A stretch of DNA of 64,000 nt from Deltaproteobacteria bacterium (GTDB lineage Bacteria; JADJOY01): positions 212,580-276,579 of the forward strand of contig JADJOY010000008.1 in NCBI GenBank assembly GCA_016713535.1. The letters run 5' to 3'. A program made the position numbers and the translations under genes. Below the pieces are notes generated by a model. The model was not told the origin of the DNA and searched no databases. It was given only the letters and a program-made list of their open reading frames with translations. Positions 58,680-64,000 of the stretch are shown in pieces; within the stretch, counting starts at the first letter, position 1, and every line of letters starts with the position of its first letter.

Positions 58680-59875
58680 GGGTCGCCGCGGTCGTGCAGC
58701 GCTACGGCGCCACCGTAGCGGGTGGCGCCGAGCGTCTCGCCCGCGAGGTCTGCACCCGGCTCGCGGCGGGAGGGGACGAGGTCACCGTCCTCACCACCAC
58801 GGCGCGCGACTACGTGACCTGGCGAAACGAGCTGCCCGCCGGCGCGGCGGACGACACCGGTGTCGCGGTGCGGCGCTTCGCGGTCGCGAGCGAACGCGAG
58901 CCGGACGCGTTCCAGGCGCTGAGCGCGCGCGTCTTCCGCGAGGGCGCGATGCCCACGCTCGAGGACGAGCTCGGCTGGATTCGCGCACAGGGACCGGACT
59001 CGCCAGGGCTGCTCGCGGCGCTTTGGCGCGAGCGGACGCTTCACGACGCGTGGCTCTTCTTCACGTACCTCTACGCGCCAACGGCGCTCGGCGTGCCGAT
59101 CGCTCCGCAGCGCGCGGTGCTGGTGCCGCTCGCGCACAACGAGGCGCCGATCTATCTGCGCACCTTCAAGAACCTGTTCCGGCTGCCGCGTGCCTTGCTC
59201 TTCCAGACTCCCGAGGAGCAGGAGCTGGTGGAGCGCGTGGTGCCGCGCAACACCGTGCGTGGCGAGGTCGTGGGCTGCGGCGTGGACCTGGCGCCGGCCT
59301 CGGCGCCCGAGGCCGCGTGGCCCGCGAGCGTGCCGCCCGGAGCGCGCTATCTCCTCTACCTGGGCCGGCTCGACCCGTCGAAGGGCGTGGGCGAGCTGCT
59401 CGATGCGTTCGCGAGCTGGCGCGCGACGCGCGGGGGCGCGCTCGCGCTGGTGCTCGCCGGTGAGGCCGCGATGGAGCTGCACGCGGCGCAGGGCGTGGTG
59501 GTCCCGGGTTTCGTGTCCGAAGACGAGCGCGACCGGCTGCTCGCACACGCGGAGGTGGTGATCCAGCCGTCGCGCTTCGAGAGTCTCTCGCTGGTGGCGC
59601 TCGAAGCGTGGGCGCGTGGCCGAGCGGTGCTGGGGCAGCGTGGCTCGGACGTGCTCGTCGGGCAGATCGGGCGCAGCGGCGGCGGCTTCGTCTGGGGGGA
59701 GCCCGCCGAGCTCCACGCGCTCCTCGACCGGCTCGCCGCGGGCGACGCCGCGTTCGCCGAAGCGGGCCGCGCCGGGCGGCGCTTCGTCGAGGCGACCGGC
59801 TCGTGGGAGCGAGTGATCGAGCGCTATCGAGCGGCGCTGGTGACGGCCGCGAGCGGGGCGCCGCGGGCGGCGTGA
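58676..59875 (+). CDS. GT4-family glycosyltransferase
   Basis: MRVAAVVQRYGATVAGGAERLAREVC... is paralogous to the second half of the double GT. Confidence 0.8.
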   Translation: MRVAAVVQRYGATVAGGAERLAREVCTRLAAGGDEVTVLTTTARDYVTWRNELPAGAADDTGVAVRRFAVASEREPDAFQALSARVFREGAMPTLEDELGWIRAQGPDSPGLLAALWRERTLHDAWLFFTYLYAPTALGVPIAPQRAVLVPLAHNEAPIYLRTFKNLFRLPRALLFQTPEEQELVERVVPRNTVRGEVVGCGVDLAPASAPEAAWPASVPPGARYLLYLGRLDPSKGVGELLDAFASWRATRGGALALVLAGEAAMELHAAQGVVVPGFVSEDERDRLLAHAEVVIQPSRFESLSLVALEAWARGRAVLGQRGSDVLVGQIGRSGGGFVWGEPAELHALLDRLAAGDAAFAEAGRAGRRFVEATGSWERVIERYRAALVTAASGAPRAA

Positions 59876-59894
59876 GCGCCCCTCGCCGACCAAA

Positions 59895-59923
59895 TTGACG
59901 GAGGTGGGGGTGAGTGCTAGATA
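59895..59923 (+). promoter_or_regulatory. Candidate sigma70-type promoter for the pyr operon (-35 TTGACG, 17-bp spacer, -10 TAGATA)
   Basis: Spacing and hexamers are read directly from the sequence, upstream of the pyrR leader. Confidence 0.4.
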
Positions 59924-59987
59924 GCGCGCGGCTCTCACGCAGGGGCACCGCATGAGCGGGTTCGCCGCGCGGGTCTCGACCCGACCT

Positions 59988-60017
59988 CGCCTCCCACCGG
60001 GAGGGAGGTTTTTTTTT
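59988..60017 (+). terminator. Rho-independent terminator / pyrR leader attenuator (cctccc-loop-gggagg followed by T9)
   Basis: GC stem followed by nine T residues, about 40 nt upstream of the pyrR ATG and about 110 nt downstream of the glycosyltransferase stop. Confidence 0.7.
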
Positions 60018-60055
60018 AATCTCGTCTCGTATCGGCCGGACGGAATCGCCTCGTC

Positions 60056-60656
60056 ATGACCACGAAGACCGCGCCTCGGCGGCGGCTGCCGCGAGGGTAC
60101 CGGATCGCCCGGAATCTGCTCGGCCCAGCGGAGCTGGACGCGGCGCTCGGCGCGATGGCGAGCGAGATCCGCTCCCGGAACCCAGAGCCCGACCAGGTGG
60201 CGCTGATCGGCATCCGGCGAGGGGGAGTCCACCTCGCGAACCGGCTGGCGAAGCTCCTCGCGGTCGCCGGACGCGAGCCGCCGGTCGGGATCGTCGACAT
60301 CACCCTCTACCGCGACGACCTCGACCGGGTGGGGCCGAACCCGATCGTCGGCTCGACCGAGATCCCGTTCGAGATCGAGGGCATCACGGTCGTGCTCGTC
60401 GACGACGTGCTCTATACCGGCCGCACCGTCCGCGCCGCGCTGGACGCCTTGCTCGACTACGGTCGGCCGCGCGGCGTCCAGCTCGCGGTGCTCGTCGATC
60501 GCGGCCACCGCGAGCTGCCGATCCAGCCCGACTACGCGGGGCTCCGCGAGGCGACCCGTCCCACCGATCAGGTCGAGGTGCTGCTCGCCGAGGAGGGTGG
60601 CGACGACACCGCGGTGCTGCTCGAGCGTGAGGTCGCCGCGACCCCGGGAGGCGCCC

Positions 60657-60664
<8 letters not shown>
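60056..60664 (+). CDS. pyrR: Bifunctional pyrimidine operon regulator / uracil phosphoribosyltransferase PyrR
   Basis: ...[18 protein letters not shown]...[21 protein letters not shown] carries the PRTase motifs. Operon position before pyrB. Confidence 0.9.
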
Positions 60665-61653
<989 letters not shown>

Positions 61654-61670
<17 letters not shown>

Positions 61671-62952
61671 AGGCGGGCTGGTGATCGACCCGTCGTCGCG
61701 CCTCGAAGAGGCGCGCGACGTGGTGATCGAGGACGGCAAGGTCGTGGCACTCGCGACCCCGGGCGAGGTGCGAGTCGCGGACCAGCGGCTCGACGCCCGC
61801 GGGCGCTGGGTGCTCCCCGGGCTCGTCGACATGCACGTCCACCTGCGCGAGCCGGGCGAGGAGCACAAGGAGACCGTGGCGAGCGGCACCCACGCCGCCG
61901 CAGCGGGCGGCGTCACGACCGTGGCCTGCATGGCCAACACGATCCCGGTCAACGACAACGCGGCGGTCACCGACTACATCCTGCGCAAGGCCAAGAGCGA
62001 AGGCCTGGTCAACGTGCTGCCGATCGGCGCCGTCACACGCGGTCTCAAGGGCGAGGAGCTGGCGGACCTCGGCGAGCTCGCCGAGGCTGGCTGCATCGCG
62101 TATTCGGACGACGGCCAGCCGGTGATGAACTCGCGGCTGGCGCGCAATGCCCTCGAGTACGCGCGCTCGTTCGAGCGCCTGGTGATCTCGCACTGCGAGG
62201 ACCGGAACCTCACCCGTGGCGGCGCGATGAACGAAGGGGATCTCTCGGTGAAGCTCGGCCTGGGCGGCATGCCGTCGGTCGCCGAGGACGTGATGGTGGC
62301 GCGCGACATCGCGCTCGGCGCGTACACGGGTGCGCGCATCCACATTGCGCACCTGTCGACGGCCGGAGCAGTGGAGATGGTGCGGCGCGCCAAGCGCTCC
62401 GGCGTGCAGGTCACCGCCGAGGCCACGCCGCATCACTTCACACTGACCGAGGAGGCGGTGGGCGACTACGACACCCACGCCAAGATGAACCCGCCGCTCA
62501 GGTCGCGGCGCGACCGCGAGGCGCTCCTCGCCGGACTCGCCGACGGAACGATCGACGCGATCGCCACCGACCACGCGCCACACGACGCGACCTGCAAGCA
62601 CATCGAGTTCGGCCTCGCGGCGTTCGGCGTGGTGGGGCTCGAGACCGTGCTCCCCCTCACGCTCGACCTGGTGAGGAAGGGCGTGCTGAGCCGAACCCGC
62701 GCGGTCGAGCTGCTCGGACTGGGTGCCTCGCGAGCGCTCGGCATCGCCAAGGGCACGCTGGCGGTGGGCGCGGACGCGGATCTCGCGATCGTCGATCCGG
62801 ACCTCGAGTGGGTGTTCCAGGTCGATCGAATGCGCAGCAAATCCCGCAACTCGCCCTTCACGGGCTACAAGCTTCGCGGGCGAGCGGTTACCACTGTGGT
62901 GAGCGGACGGGTCGTGCACGACACCGCGCGAACCCAAGCACGGGAAGGGTGA
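61654..62952 (+). CDS. pyrC: Dihydroorotase (allantoinase-type)
   Basis: [12 protein letters not shown] metal ligands and the ATDHAPH motif. Confidence 0.9.
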
Positions 62953-62956
62953 TTCG

Positions 62957-64000
62957 ATGACGCGGGCGAAACGCCCCATGCGGCTGGCGCTCGCCGACGG
63001 CACCGTACTCGACGGCTTCGGCTTCGGCGCGAACGTCGAGTCGGGCGGCGAGCTGGTGTTCAACACCGGCCTCACCGGCTATCAGGAAGTGCTGACCGAT
63101 CCGTCCTATCGCGGGCAGATCGTCTCGATGACGTACCCACACGTCGGCAACGTCGGCGTGAACCCCGAGGACATGGAGTCCGCCAAGGCTCACCTCGCCG
63201 GCTTCGTGGTCCGCGAGCTGAGCCCGGTCGGCAACTGGCGCTCGCGCCAGGACCTGGATACGTGGCTGGCCGAGCAGGGCGTCGCGGGGATCGAGGGCGT
63301 CGACACCCGCTCGCTGACTCGCAAGCTGCGTGAGACCGGCTGCACGATGGCGGTGATCGGCCCCGCCAGCGTGTCGCGCGACGACCTCGTCGATCGCGCC
63401 CGGAGCATGCCGGGCCTCGAGGGTCGCGACCTGGTCGCGGAGGTCACGAGCAGCGTGCCGCGCGCCTGGACGCAGGGTTGCTGGGAGCTCGGCCGGGGAT
63501 ACATCGAGGGCGTGAACGACGCGGCCAGCGCGCCGCACGTCGTCGCCTACGACTTCGGCGTGAAGTGGAACATCCTGCGCCGGCTGGTGACCGAGGGCTG
63601 TCGCGTGACCGTGGTTCCCGCGAGCACTACCGCCGAACAGGTGCTGGCGCTCGAGCCAGACGGGATCTTCCTGTCCAACGGCCCGGGCGATCCCGCGGGC
63701 GTGCCGTACGTGGTGAGCTCGGTGCGGGGCCTGATCGGCAAGAAGCCGATCTTCGGCATCTGCCTCGGCCACCAGATCCTCGGCCTCGCCCTCGGTGGCG
63801 AGACCTACAAGCTGCGCTTCGGGCACCACGGCATCAACCATCCGGTGCGAGACGAGTCCACCCGGAAGGTGGAGATCACGTCGCAGAACCACAACTTCTG
63901 CGTGGACGTGCAGTCGCTCAAGGGCCGAGCCGTGGTCACACACCTCAACCTCAACGACCACACCGTCGAGGGGCTCGAGGTGCCGGACGCGAACCTGTTC
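62957..64000 (+). CDS. carA: Carbamoyl-phosphate synthase small (glutaminase) subunit, partial; it runs off the window end
   Basis: [25 protein letters not shown]...[11 protein letters not shown]...HHG (the GATase Cys-His). There is no stop in the window, so it is not in the ORF track. Confidence 0.9.
   Translation, partial: MTRAKRPMRLALADGTVLDGFGFGANVESGGELVFNTGLTGYQEVLTDPSYRGQIVSMTYPHVGNVGVNPEDMESAKAHLAGFVVRELSPVGNWRSRQDLDTWLAEQGVAGIEGVDTRSLTRKLRETGCTMAVIGPASVSRDDLVDRARSMPGLEGRDLVAEVTSSVPRAWTQGCWELGRGYIEGVNDAASAPHVVAYDFGVKWNILRRLVTEGCRVTVVPASTTAEQVLALEPDGIFLSNGPGDPAGVPYVVSSVRGLIGKKPIFGICLGHQILGLALGGETYKLRFGHHGINHPVRDESTRKVEITSQNHNFCVDVQSLKGRAVVTHLNLNDHTVEGLEVPDANLF

Overview
This is a high-GC (about 70%) bacterial chromosomal window of tightly packed genes. 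I found no rRNA, tRNA or CRISPR array. Gene content and two operator motifs point to an actinobacterial-type steroid or lipid catabolic island.

Content from start to end:
- etfB (partial) and an NMO-family gene, then a divergent P450.
- A CMD-family protein and an EtfD-like membrane Fe-S oxidoreductase.
- An MFS transporter, then a divergent sphingolipid-type hydrolase pair (EEP-family / GH5 endoglycoceramidase-like).
- A minus-strand operon rich in SAM methyltransferases, with a cytidylyltransferase and a bicupin-like protein.
- An FAD-dependent amine oxidase.
- A duplicated [acyl-CoA dehydrogenase + paired MaoC hot-dog hydratase] block with a family III CoA-transferase and an SDR.
- A divergent LLM oxidoreductase / CYP125-like P450 / SnoaL operon.
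- A sterol desaturase family gene, a flotillin and an arylsulfotransferase-like lipoprotein.
- A desaturase-MerR operon and a polar amino-acid ABC transporter.
- YndJ-like and DUF1990 genes.
- mutA-mutB-meaB next to the fused mutase icmF.
- A glycosyltransferase island containing a UbiA-type decaprenyl-phosphate phosphoribosyltransferase and a PHP phosphoesterase.
- pyrR-pyrB-pyrC-carA with a leader terminator.

Overlaid on this are:
- Two perfect KstR-type operators (TnnAACnnGTTnnA) at divergent promoters.
- A family of GTAG-anchored GC palindromes (REP/REPIN-like) in many intergenic gaps.
- An inverted-repeat-flanked low-GC element.
- At least eight apparent frameshifts, mostly at homopolymer runs, that look like assembly errors rather than true pseudogenes.

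All functional calls come from reading the translated ORFs and recalling motifs. Nothing was searched against a database.
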